Assembly: GCA_023247445.1 (NCBI GenBank)
Contig: JAHFGL010000008.1
Span: 13,774 to 77,773, forward strand
DNA from: Candidatus Omnitrophota bacterium
GTDB taxonomy: Bacteria > Omnitrophota > Gorgyraeia > Zapsychrales > Zapsychraceae
DNA: 64,000 bases
Direction: 5' to 3'
The position numbers were made by a program, and so were the translations under genes. Positions within the stretch are counted from its first letter, which is position 1, and the number at the start of each line of letters is the position of its first letter. The notes beneath the pieces were generated by a model, which saw only the letters and a program-made list of their open reading frames with translations, made no database searches and was not told where the DNA came from. Shown piece after piece: positions 39,770 through 48,726 of the stretch.

Positions 39770-40791
39770 TGCTAGATACAGCCGTAAAAGAATTTGAAAA
39801 TATTGTCGAAAAGATCCCACAGATTGGGATAAAGGTTCATGGCCAGAGGATATTAGAGCATGCCCGGTTGAACTTGCCTGATATGACTAAAACGATTAAA
39901 GATTTGCCCGTGCTTGATTCCGTAAAGGCTCGTTCGGCCGTCATTATTAGTGCTGGTCCAAGCGTCCGGCGGCAGAATTCCATCCAGCGTATCGTAGAAT
40001 CAAAATATAAAGGAACAATTATCGTCACGGACGGTTCTTATGCGGCTTCTATTAAAGCAGGTTTATTTCCGGATTTTATGCTGACCCTTGATCCTCATCC
40101 TACCAGAATGGTCCGCTGGGTTGGGGATCATGACTTTGAAAAGCACACGGCTAACGATGATTATTTTACCCGGCAGGATTTAAATATCGAATTCCGCCAG
40201 AATTCCATTCAGCAAAATGAAGAACATATTATTCTTGTTAACAAGCATGGACATTTAACCAAAGCTATTGTGGCCTCTACCGCGCCGCGTAATCTTGTGG
40301 CGCGTTTAAAAGAAGCCAAGTTTGATATGTATTGGTGGCATCCTCTCGTGGATGATCCGTACGCGCCGCAGAGCTTGACGCGCAAACTGTATGCTATAAA
40401 AAAAATTCCTTGCATGAATACGGGGGGAACCGTTGGCGTAGCGGCTTGGGTGTTCGCTAATTCTATTTTAAAAATACCAACCATTGGCCTTGTGGGCATG
40501 GACTTTGGTTACCCTGCAGAAACGCCTATTGAAAAAACTCAGACGTATTATGAGCTTATTGAACATTTAGGCGGCAAAGAAGAGCTAGAACAATGTTTTA
40601 TCGAATATGAGTTTCCATTGACGAAAGAAAAATTTTATACCGATCCGACGTATTTTTGGTACAGAAAAAATTTTTTGGAACTGTTTGCGTATTCGACGAC
40701 GAAAGCCTATAATTGCACGGAAGGGGGGACGCTCATCGACGAGCGCATCCCTTGCGTTACGTTGGAAAAATTTATCAACCACACTAAGTAA
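39769..40791 (+). CDS. MptE-like/DUF115 protein (Maf-like putative nonulosonic-acid transferase)
   Basis: AVIISAGPSV...VTDGSYAASIKAGLFPDFMLTLDPH and GGTVGVAAWVFANSILKIPTIGLVGMDFG match the MptE/Maf fold pattern. The track ORF starts at 39748. Confidence 0.5.
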   Translation: MLDTAVKEFENIVEKIPQIGIKVHGQRILEHARLNLPDMTKTIKDLPVLDSVKARSAVIISAGPSVRRQNSIQRIVESKYKGTIIVTDGSYAASIKAGLFPDFMLTLDPHPTRMVRWVGDHDFEKHTANDDYFTRQDLNIEFRQNSIQQNEEHIILVNKHGHLTKAIVASTAPRNLVARLKEAKFDMYWWHPLVDDPYAPQSLTRKLYAIKKIPCMNTGGTVGVAAWVFANSILKIPTIGLVGMDFGYPAETPIEKTQTYYELIEHLGGKEELEQCFIEYEFPLTKEKFYTDPTYFWYRKNFLELFAYSTTKAYNCTEGGTLIDERIPCVTLEKFINHTK

Positions 40792-40811
40792 AAAGACCAA
40801 AGGGAGAGGAA

Positions 40812-42392
40812 ATGGCCAAAATTTTAATGATCAATCCAGTTATTCGGGAAGAAAGCGCCCCCCAGAATATTCCCTATGGGCTTACTCTCTTAGCTGGTAT
40901 CGCCTTAGAAAAAGGTCATCAAGTCCAATTTTATGATGAAAATGCTTGGCGTAAAGGGGATAAAGTCATCGCTGAGGTCTGTAAAGCTGACGATTGGGAT
41001 GTGATCGCTATCGGCGGTCTGACAACGACGTATGGATCGATAAAAAAGATTTTGAGGATTGTAAAAGAGGTCTCACCGAAATCATTTATTATTGCTGGCG
41101 GAGGTATTATCACCAGCATGCCCAAAGAGATTATGGCATGGTTAAAGGACATCGATCTGGGAATTATCGGTGAGGCTTTTGTTACCTGGCCGGAGGTTTT
41201 AGCTAAGATTGACGATAAAGATTTTGATTTTTCTAAAACCCTTGGTGTCTGTTATCGCGATAAAGAAGGAAATCCGATTCTAACAAACGTTCGTCCAAAT
41301 ATCAAAGATTTGGATGTCCTTCCGTATCCCGCTTGGGATTTGTTGCCGCTGGAAATTTATTTTAAAAATTCCCAGAACCTGTTAAGTGAAGCCGCTTTCA
41401 TGGCTAAAAGACGCATTGATGTCATGGGAAGTCTGGGATGCAGTCTCATCTGCAAATTCTGTTGGCATTTAGGAACAACAGGAGATATGCTTGTTGAGGA
41501 AAATGAGGCAGGCATTAAAGATGTCCGGTTTACCTATGGACGTAATATCCGTTATTTCAGTCCTCGATACATTGTCGACATGGTTAAAATTCTTGTGAAG
41601 AAGTACAATGTTGACCATGCTTATTTTGTTGATGAGAATTTTATGACCATGGATGTTGCCAGCGGCCGCACGTGGCTGAAGGAACTTAGTGATTTATGGA
41701 TCAAGGAGGGATTGCAGCCCACATCGCGCAGGGATGGTGTGCCTGATGACCAGAATAAGGGGGGTGTTTTTTGGTCAGGGACCAGTCATGCCAGTTTGGC
41801 CCAGAAAGAAACTTTGGATAAAATGTATCAGGCGGGTTGCTCGTCATTAGTCTACGGCATTGAGTCATTCGATCCAGTTATCCTCAAGAACCTAGGAAAG
41901 GGTGTCACCCAAAAACATAATCTAGAGGCGCCTAGAATATGTATGGAATCGGGTATTATCCCTGTTCCCAATATTATGATTGGTTTTCCGCAGGAGACAT
42001 TTTTCAGTATACGCACCACTATTGAATGCATGATAAAGCTAGGGATTCATGCCAAACCTCATTTCGCCACACCCTATCCGGGATCAGAATGGTACTATAC
42101 TTATAAAGACAGTATTCTTGAACAATATAATGGTGATCTTGAAGCTTTTATTGAAGATTTAGGGGACGCCTCGAAAATCACGGCTGTTATTTCCCATAAT
42201 TTTTCTCCAGCACAATTGTTAGGATTGCAGATGATTGTCATGCAGCGAAATTTACGCCTATTAGACCAAACAGAAAAACAATGGGCGGCAGCTAATGCGC
42301 TTATGAAACCGCTGGCTGTTCCAAAGGGATCATTTCATATGGTAAACAAGAAAATCCAAGCACCCATAGAAGAGGCCTCCAGGGCGCTATAA
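40812..42392 (+). CDS. B12-binding radical SAM enzyme
   Basis: N-terminal B12-binding-like domain, LGCSLICKFCWH cluster motif. 526 aa. Confidence 0.7.
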   Translation: MAKILMINPVIREESAPQNIPYGLTLLAGIALEKGHQVQFYDENAWRKGDKVIAEVCKADDWDVIAIGGLTTTYGSIKKILRIVKEVSPKSFIIAGGGIITSMPKEIMAWLKDIDLGIIGEAFVTWPEVLAKIDDKDFDFSKTLGVCYRDKEGNPILTNVRPNIKDLDVLPYPAWDLLPLEIYFKNSQNLLSEAAFMAKRRIDVMGSLGCSLICKFCWHLGTTGDMLVEENEAGIKDVRFTYGRNIRYFSPRYIVDMVKILVKKYNVDHAYFVDENFMTMDVASGRTWLKELSDLWIKEGLQPTSRRDGVPDDQNKGGVFWSGTSHASLAQKETLDKMYQAGCSSLVYGIESFDPVILKNLGKGVTQKHNLEAPRICMESGIIPVPNIMIGFPQETFFSIRTTIECMIKLGIHAKPHFATPYPGSEWYYTYKDSILEQYNGDLEAFIEDLGDASKITAVISHNFSPAQLLGLQMIVMQRNLRLLDQTEKQWAAANALMKPLAVPKGSFHMVNKKIQAPIEEASRAL

Positions 42393-42408
42393 TATTCATT
42401 TATTTGTT

Positions 42409-43131
42409 ATGTATGAATCTCTAAAAATTTTATCTTTTATCGGGGCCAGGGTCGGGTCTAAAGGACTGAAAAATAAAAATATTCTTGATCTTGCAGGTAA
42501 ACCCTTGATCGCGTGGACAATTGAAGCTTCCCGATGCTCAAAATATATCGACCGCACCATCGTCTCAACTGATGGCAAGCAGATTGCCGAGATCGCCAAG
42601 CAGGCGGGAGCGGATGTGCCATTTTTGCGTCCCACGGAATTAGCAACGGATGAATCTCTGCTTGATGAGGCGATGCAACATTGCGTCCAATGGCTGGCCA
42701 ACAACGAGCATCGTGTTTATGATTATATTTTGCTTCTTCAGCCGACTTCACCATTAAGAACGGCAGAACACATTGATCAAGCCGTGGAATATTATTTTAA
42801 AAATAAAAAGACACGACAGGATATTCTGATATCCGTTACAAGGGCCCCGAAAAAGGTGGGATGGTTAATGCAGCAGAATCAGTCTGGATATATCGGCTTT
42901 TGCTTTGATGACTCTCAACGAGGTTCGCGGCGCCAAGATTTGCCCGAGTATTATTTTCCTAACGGCGTTATTTATTTGGGGCTAACAACGGTAATGCAGC
43001 ATTTGAGCAAGAATGTTTCCCGCCTGCTGCCATTTATGATGGAAAGCGAAGTTTCCATAGACATTGACTCAAAAAAAGATTTGCAAGAAGCCATGAAAAT
43101 TTTGAGAAATCGGATTGGAATCAATGTATGA
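42409..43131 (+). CDS. Cytidylyltransferase, CTP_transf_3 family (NeuA/PseF/LegF-like)
   Basis: ILSFIGARVGSKGLKNKN. 240 aa. Confidence 0.7.
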   Translation: MYESLKILSFIGARVGSKGLKNKNILDLAGKPLIAWTIEASRCSKYIDRTIVSTDGKQIAEIAKQAGADVPFLRPTELATDESLLDEAMQHCVQWLANNEHRVYDYILLLQPTSPLRTAEHIDQAVEYYFKNKKTRQDILISVTRAPKKVGWLMQQNQSGYIGFCFDDSQRGSRRQDLPEYYFPNGVIYLGLTTVMQHLSKNVSRLLPFMMESEVSIDIDSKKDLQEAMKILRNRIGINV

Positions 43132-43940
43132 ATGTTCTCGGAGAAAAAACTATAACTTCGTATAATATCAGGAAAATAATTCTTGAACAATCAAAGCGTG
43201 CTAATGTTGGTCATATTGGCTCGGCTTTATCTATCGTAGATATTATAGCTGTTTTATATGAGAATATTCTTAGTATTGCTTATCCCGAGGATCTTGAACG
43301 AGATCGTTTTGTTTTATCTAAAGGCCATGCGGCTTTAGCCCTTTACGCGGCTTTTTTTTTAAAAGGATGGTTAACACAAAAAGAGCTGGATAGTTATTGC
43401 GCAGATGGTGGTTGTTTAGGAGTTCATCCAGAGCATTTTCTAAAAGGGGTTGATTTTTCTACCGGCTCCCTTGGGCAGGGTTTGTCGATGGGAGCCGGAG
43501 CCGCTTTAGCGGCCTCTATTAAAAAGAGTTCCTACCGCACGTTTGTCTTGATGAGTGATGCCGAATGCAATGAAGGATCTGTATGGGAGGCTATTATGTT
43601 CGCTGCACAACATAAATTATCTAATCTTATTGTTATCATCGATTACAATCGGCAACAGGCGTTTGGGTACACGAAAGATGTTCTAAATCTTGATCCTTTA
43701 AATAAACGCTGGGAGGCCTTTGGCTGGGATGTACGGCAGGTGGATGGGCATGATGTTTCTGAAATCATGCGAACGATACAAGGGCTCTCTTTGCAAAGTG
43801 GATCGCCCCATGTCATTATTGCTAATACAATTTTTGGTAAAGGGGTTTCCTATATGGAAAATAAAATTAAATGGCATTATTGGCCGATGTCTGATCAGGA
43901 GTATCAATTAGCTTTACAAGAGATCAAGGCTGTAAAATGA
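43128..43940 (+). CDS. Transketolase N-terminal subunit (second copy)
   Basis: FSTGSLGQGLSMGAGAA and DAECNEGSVWEA. 270 aa. Confidence 0.8.
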   Translation: MNVLGEKTITSYNIRKIILEQSKRANVGHIGSALSIVDIIAVLYENILSIAYPEDLERDRFVLSKGHAALALYAAFFLKGWLTQKELDSYCADGGCLGVHPEHFLKGVDFSTGSLGQGLSMGAGAALAASIKKSSYRTFVLMSDAECNEGSVWEAIMFAAQHKLSNLIVIIDYNRQQAFGYTKDVLNLDPLNKRWEAFGWDVRQVDGHDVSEIMRTIQGLSLQSGSPHVIIANTIFGKGVSYMENKIKWHYWPMSDQEYQLALQEIKAVK

Positions 43941-44899
43941 GAAACATATTTATTGAGACATTGATTAAATTGGCCGAAAAAGATAACCGTATTTTATTGT
44001 TAACCGCTGATTTAGGTTATACGGTTATTGAACCTTTCGCAGAGAAGTTCCCACAAAGGTTTTTCAATGTTGGGGTCGCTGAACAAAATATGGTTGGGAT
44101 GTCTACCGGCTTAGCGCAAGCAGGTTTTATTCCGTTTTTGTATTCTATCAATAATTTTGTTTCTATCCGGCCATATGAATTTATTCGTAACGGTCCTATT
44201 CTCCATCAGTTGCCGGTGCGCATCATTGGAGTAGGCGGAGGGTTTGATTACGGATCAGCAGGTGTTACTCATTATGGTTTGGAGGATATTGGTCTTATGC
44301 GTCTTCAAAAAGGCATCGGTGTCGTTGTCCCAGCTGACCGTAATCAGACACAGGCAGCACTTTTAAAAACATGGGATTTACCGGGACCGGTATATTATCG
44401 GCTTGGTAAAGGCAATAAAAATTCTATTGATGGTCTTAATGGAAGGTTTGATTTTGGGGGTCTTCAGCATATCCGCCAGGGAAATGATTTTGTTTTTATT
44501 TCTATAGGGAGTATCACGCAAGAAGTTGTCAGTGCAGCGGATCAACTAGAACAAAAAGGCATTTCGGCTTCGATCGTTGTTGTGTCCAGTTTTAATCCTT
44601 CGCCAACGACGGATTTGATTAAAATTCTTAAAAAATTTCCGTTAGCCATTACAGTAGAGGATCATTATGTGACTGGCGGAGTCGGCTCTTTTGTTGCCGA
44701 AGTAGTTGCCGAAAATAACATCTCTTGCCAGATTAAACGCTGTGCAGTCGATACGCTTATTCCCAATGTGACAGGCAGCAGGGAATTTATGAATAGTCAC
44801 TATGGTATCTCAGCAGCGAAATTGGTCGAAATAGCCTGGCATTGTTTAAGAAATGATAAATTCACATTAAGTAAGGCTGATCTTTTTTTAGAGAAATGA
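43937..44899 (+). CDS. Transketolase C-terminal subunit (second copy)
   Basis: VGVAEQNMVGMSTGLA. 320 aa. Confidence 0.8.
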   Translation: MRNIFIETLIKLAEKDNRILLLTADLGYTVIEPFAEKFPQRFFNVGVAEQNMVGMSTGLAQAGFIPFLYSINNFVSIRPYEFIRNGPILHQLPVRIIGVGGGFDYGSAGVTHYGLEDIGLMRLQKGIGVVVPADRNQTQAALLKTWDLPGPVYYRLGKGNKNSIDGLNGRFDFGGLQHIRQGNDFVFISIGSITQEVVSAADQLEQKGISASIVVVSSFNPSPTTDLIKILKKFPLAITVEDHYVTGGVGSFVAEVVAENNISCQIKRCAVDTLIPNVTGSREFMNSHYGISAAKLVEIAWHCLRNDKFTLSKADLFLEK

Positions 44900-45618
44900 A
44901 AGAATCTTTTGTCTCGATTATACTTCCAGTATATAATCAGGCTGACCACATAAGTGCCGTGATTGAGTGCTACAAAAATGCCCTCTCAAAAATCGCCGTA
45001 CCTAATGAAATGCTTTTGGTTGTTAACGGGTGTCGTGATAATTCCTTAGAGATTTGCCAAAATCTACAAAAAAAATATGACGCCTTAAAAGTTATTCATA
45101 GTGAGAAGGGTGGCTGGGGCCGTGCCATTAAATTAGGGTTAAAAGAGGCTCAAGGTGACTTTATTTGTTATACTAATTCGGCCCGCACATCGGCTGCAGA
45201 ACTTCGGCAGGCCATACTCTATGCCTTAGATAATCCTAATGGAGTGATCAAAGCTAACCGAAAAATCCGGTATAACCTTATGAGGATGCTCGGATCTTAT
45301 TTATTCAATTTTCAATGTCGTTTTCTGTTCGATTTAACCGTTTGGGATATAAACGGTACGCCAAAAGTTTTTCCCCGCAAGTTTGATTATTTGTGCAGAC
45401 TCTCCCGTAACGATGATTTGATAGACCTTGAATTTAATTTTATTTGTAAAATGAAAAATTATCCCATGCTGGAAGTACCCATTTTTTCTTCCAAGCGCCA
45501 TGATGGACGTTCCACAACAGGATGGCATTCTGCTTTAGGAATGTATATGGGGGCTCTAGTCATGTGGCGTGCTAGCCGAAAAGGTCTTAAAGAATATGAA
45601 AGGACACTTGACGAATAA
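44896..45618 (+). CDS. Family 2 glycosyltransferase (GT-A)
   Basis: VSIILPVYNQADHI. 240 aa. Confidence 0.7.
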   Translation: MKESFVSIILPVYNQADHISAVIECYKNALSKIAVPNEMLLVVNGCRDNSLEICQNLQKKYDALKVIHSEKGGWGRAIKLGLKEAQGDFICYTNSARTSAAELRQAILYALDNPNGVIKANRKIRYNLMRMLGSYLFNFQCRFLFDLTVWDINGTPKVFPRKFDYLCRLSRNDDLIDLEFNFICKMKNYPMLEVPIFSSKRHDGRSTTGWHSALGMYMGALVMWRASRKGLKEYERTLDE

Positions 45619-46789
45619 AGAGCAAATGTGGGCTCAACATAACGAGGAATGGCGCGATCCTGCGCAGATTATCAGTCAATGGGAAGATGCCCATCAGTTA
45701 GATCGGAGGTTGCTGGATTATAACATCAAAGGTCAATGGTGGGCTATTTTAAATAGATTGAAGATATATCTTCTGGTCTCCCGCGAATATGAACATTTGA
45801 TGCTGGCAATAGGTGCTAAGGCGCATGGTCCAGAAATATCTTACATGCGCATACCACATCCTTCTGGCATTGTGGTTAATCACAGAAGAGATTTAATTTA
45901 TATTGCCAGCACACGCAACCCCAACCAAATTTTTGAGATGGGGTTAAGTAAGGGACTTGCTGATAGAAAAGATATTCTCAGAAAAAGGACACGGAAGCCA
46001 ATCGGATATAATGTCATGGTCCCTTTAAGGACTTTCTTTTATCCAGGAAGTTTATATATTCATGACCTTGCCATCATTGGGAATAATCTGTACGCTAACG
46101 CTGTTGGACACAATGCGGTTGTTCGGCTTTCTTTATCTTTCGATGGAAGATATGAATATGTGTGGTGGCCAGTATGTATGGAAAATGGAAAAGGCCCCAT
46201 TACTGAAGCGAATTATATTCAATTGAATTCTATTGCTGCGGGACAAACGATTCAAGATTCTTTTTTTTCGGCTTCGGCGGATTCTATCTCTCAGCGTAGA
46301 CCAGGGCATATAAATTTTCCCGTGAACAAGCGGGGTGTCGTATTTTCGGGAAAAACGCGTAAACCTATCTGTTATGGGCTGACTCGGCCGCATTCAGCGC
46401 GCTGCTATGACGGGAAAATATGGGTTGATAACAGCGGTTACGGAGAATTTGGATACATCGAAAAAGAAAAATTTGTGTCTATCGTATCACTTCCGGGTTG
46501 GACACGGGGTCTTTATATAGAGGGGGGAGTTGCCTTTGTCGGTGCCTCGAAAGTGATTCCGCGATTTTACCGCTATGCCCCGGGACTTGATATTGCCAGG
46601 AGTCGCTGTGGAATATATGCCATAGAGTTAAAGACAGGGAAGATTTTGGGGAGTATACAATGGCCGCATGGGAATCAAATCTTTGCTGTTGAAGGGATTT
46701 CAGATAGATTTTGCCATGGGTTCGTCCATCAGTATTTGTCCTGCAGATCTTCTGTGCAAATAAAAAATTTATTTTATGCGTTCAAATAA
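45596..46789 (+). CDS. Hypothetical protein, possibly beta-propeller-like
   Basis: 397 aa. Repeated G-x-hydrophobic strand-like segments. Start ATG 45596, in frame with the track GTG at 45569. Confidence 0.3.
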   Translation: MKGHLTNKEQMWAQHNEEWRDPAQIISQWEDAHQLDRRLLDYNIKGQWWAILNRLKIYLLVSREYEHLMLAIGAKAHGPEISYMRIPHPSGIVVNHRRDLIYIASTRNPNQIFEMGLSKGLADRKDILRKRTRKPIGYNVMVPLRTFFYPGSLYIHDLAIIGNNLYANAVGHNAVVRLSLSFDGRYEYVWWPVCMENGKGPITEANYIQLNSIAAGQTIQDSFFSASADSISQRRPGHINFPVNKRGVVFSGKTRKPICYGLTRPHSARCYDGKIWVDNSGYGEFGYIEKEKFVSIVSLPGWTRGLYIEGGVAFVGASKVIPRFYRYAPGLDIARSRCGIYAIELKTGKILGSIQWPHGNQIFAVEGISDRFCHGFVHQYLSCRSSVQIKNLFYAFK

Positions 46790-46800
46790 AGGAGTGATAG

Positions 46801-47727
46801 ATGACTGAAAAATTTAAACTTCTCATGTTAGGGGCTATGTACGAAAACGGAGGTAACACAACACATCGATTTTTGGATGGACATCCTGAAATGTTTGTTT
46901 ATCCATTCGAATCCCAGCTCGGGACGCGGTTTGTTATTGACAGTTTATCTTCTTTGTTTCCATTAAAATACCGCTGGCCAGTTTTTCCGCTGGAAGGGAG
47001 TCCCTATGAAGATTATAAGTTGATTATCGATGAAGAAGGAAAAGTCCGCACGCGCACTGCGCATGTGAGTAAATTCCGTCATATGCCATTCGAGTTATCT
47101 GATGATGAGCGCTGCTTGATATATCAAAAATATATCCAGCGTCTGGGACGCTCACGCGCGCACAATGTACAAGCATTTTTTCAAAGTATTTTTGATGCCT
47201 GGAAAAATTATAAACGGACCGGGAAAGAAAAATTTTATGTTGGGTATAGTCCCATTTTAGTCGTTGACGCCGGGAAGATTCTGGAGGAATTGCCCGGAGC
47301 GCATTTTCTTCATGTCGTACGTAATCCCTGGTCAGCTTATGCCGATACCAAAAAAAGACCTGTTCCTTTGTCTTTAGAAAACTATATTTTCTGTTGGAAT
47401 ATAAATCAGTATTTCGCTTTACTCTGCCAAAAAAAATACCCTCGTCGCATGCATATCCTACGTTTGGAAGATATATTGCAAAATCCTTACAAAGAGCTGG
47501 GGACGTTATGTGAGAAATTAGGCCTCAAAAAAAGCAATTCTTTAGAAATTCCCAGTTGGAATGGCCAAGAATTAGAAGAAATTTATCCATGGGGAACCAT
47601 CCGTAAGGCGACGCCGAAAGCTAATAAGGAAACAGCGAGGGAGCTCTCTAAAGAAGAACAGCAAGAAATTCGGGAAAGGACATGGCAGTATCTTAAAGAA
47701 TACCGCTATGATAAATTTTTGGCCTAA
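46801..47727 (+). CDS. Putative sulfotransferase
   Basis: LGAMYENGGNTTH is a PAPS 5'-phosphate (PSB) loop-like motif, and HVVRNPWSAYAD is RNP-type 3'-PB-like. 308 aa. Confidence 0.4.
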   Translation: MTEKFKLLMLGAMYENGGNTTHRFLDGHPEMFVYPFESQLGTRFVIDSLSSLFPLKYRWPVFPLEGSPYEDYKLIIDEEGKVRTRTAHVSKFRHMPFELSDDERCLIYQKYIQRLGRSRAHNVQAFFQSIFDAWKNYKRTGKEKFYVGYSPILVVDAGKILEELPGAHFLHVVRNPWSAYADTKKRPVPLSLENYIFCWNINQYFALLCQKKYPRRMHILRLEDILQNPYKELGTLCEKLGLKKSNSLEIPSWNGQELEEIYPWGTIRKATPKANKETARELSKEEQQEIRERTWQYLKEYRYDKFLA

Positions 47728-47742
47728 AAATAAGGCTGACTT

Positions 47743-48726
47743 ATGAAAAAAATTGTGTTAACCGGCGGGACAGGATTCATCGGGGCTAATTTGGCACGAC
47801 GCCTTTTGCGTGATGGACATCAAGTCCATCTCTTTGTGCGTAAAGGATGCCAAAATTGGCGCATCGATGAAATTCGCAAGGATATTGTTTTATATGAATT
47901 GGACTTTAATGATCAAGTCCAGTTAGAGAAAACTCTCAAACAAGTCAGCCCGAATTGGATATTTCATTTAGCCGCTTACGGGGCCTATTCGGTGCAAGAT
48001 AATTTGCGCCAGATGATAAGTACGAATATCCTTGCAACGGTCAATTTAGTAGAAGCCGCTTTAAAAATTGGATTTCAAGCGTTCATCAATATCGGTTCAT
48101 CATCCGAATACGGCTGGAAAGATTATCCCCCAACGGAAACGGAATGGTTAGATCCCAATAGTCATTATGCATTAACCAAGGCTAGCTCGACGATGTTTTG
48201 CCGATACACAGCTATAGCTAGGAAGGCCAATATAATAACGCTTCGCCCCTATGCTGTATTTGGTCCTTATGAAGATTTTGGTCGATTTATGCCGACTCTT
48301 ATTGTTAAAGCTTTGGATGGTTATTTGCCGCATTTGGTAAATCCACGCGTCGCCCGTGATTTTCTTTATGTGGATGATTTTGTGGAAGCTTGTATCTTGG
48401 CCGCGACCCATATCAATCAAGAGCCCGGTTCTATTTATAATTGCGGCACAGGAATTCAAACAACTATTCAAGAGGTTGTTGAATTAGCCAAGCGCTTACT
48501 GCCTATTATCGATGAACCAAAGTGGGGATCTATGGAAAACAGAATTTGGGATACGCAAGTCTGGGTCAGCGACACTCAGCGAATACAAGAAGTTTTAGGT
48601 TGGCGCCCGCGTTATAATTTAGAGGAAGGATTTAAATGTATGATTTCTTGGTTTAGGGATAATCCATCATTTTTGAAGATTTATAAAAACATTATTAGCC
48701 CCGAAAGGATCCAGCAAGAAGCATGA
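47743..48726 (+). CDS. NAD-dependent epimerase/dehydratase (SDR)
   Basis: IVLTGGTGFIGANLARRLL. 327 aa. Confidence 0.8.
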   Translation: MKKIVLTGGTGFIGANLARRLLRDGHQVHLFVRKGCQNWRIDEIRKDIVLYELDFNDQVQLEKTLKQVSPNWIFHLAAYGAYSVQDNLRQMISTNILATVNLVEAALKIGFQAFINIGSSSEYGWKDYPPTETEWLDPNSHYALTKASSTMFCRYTAIARKANIITLRPYAVFGPYEDFGRFMPTLIVKALDGYLPHLVNPRVARDFLYVDDFVEACILAATHINQEPGSIYNCGTGIQTTIQEVVELAKRLLPIIDEPKWGSMENRIWDTQVWVSDTQRIQEVLGWRPRYNLEEGFKCMISWFRDNPSFLKIYKNIISPERIQQEA

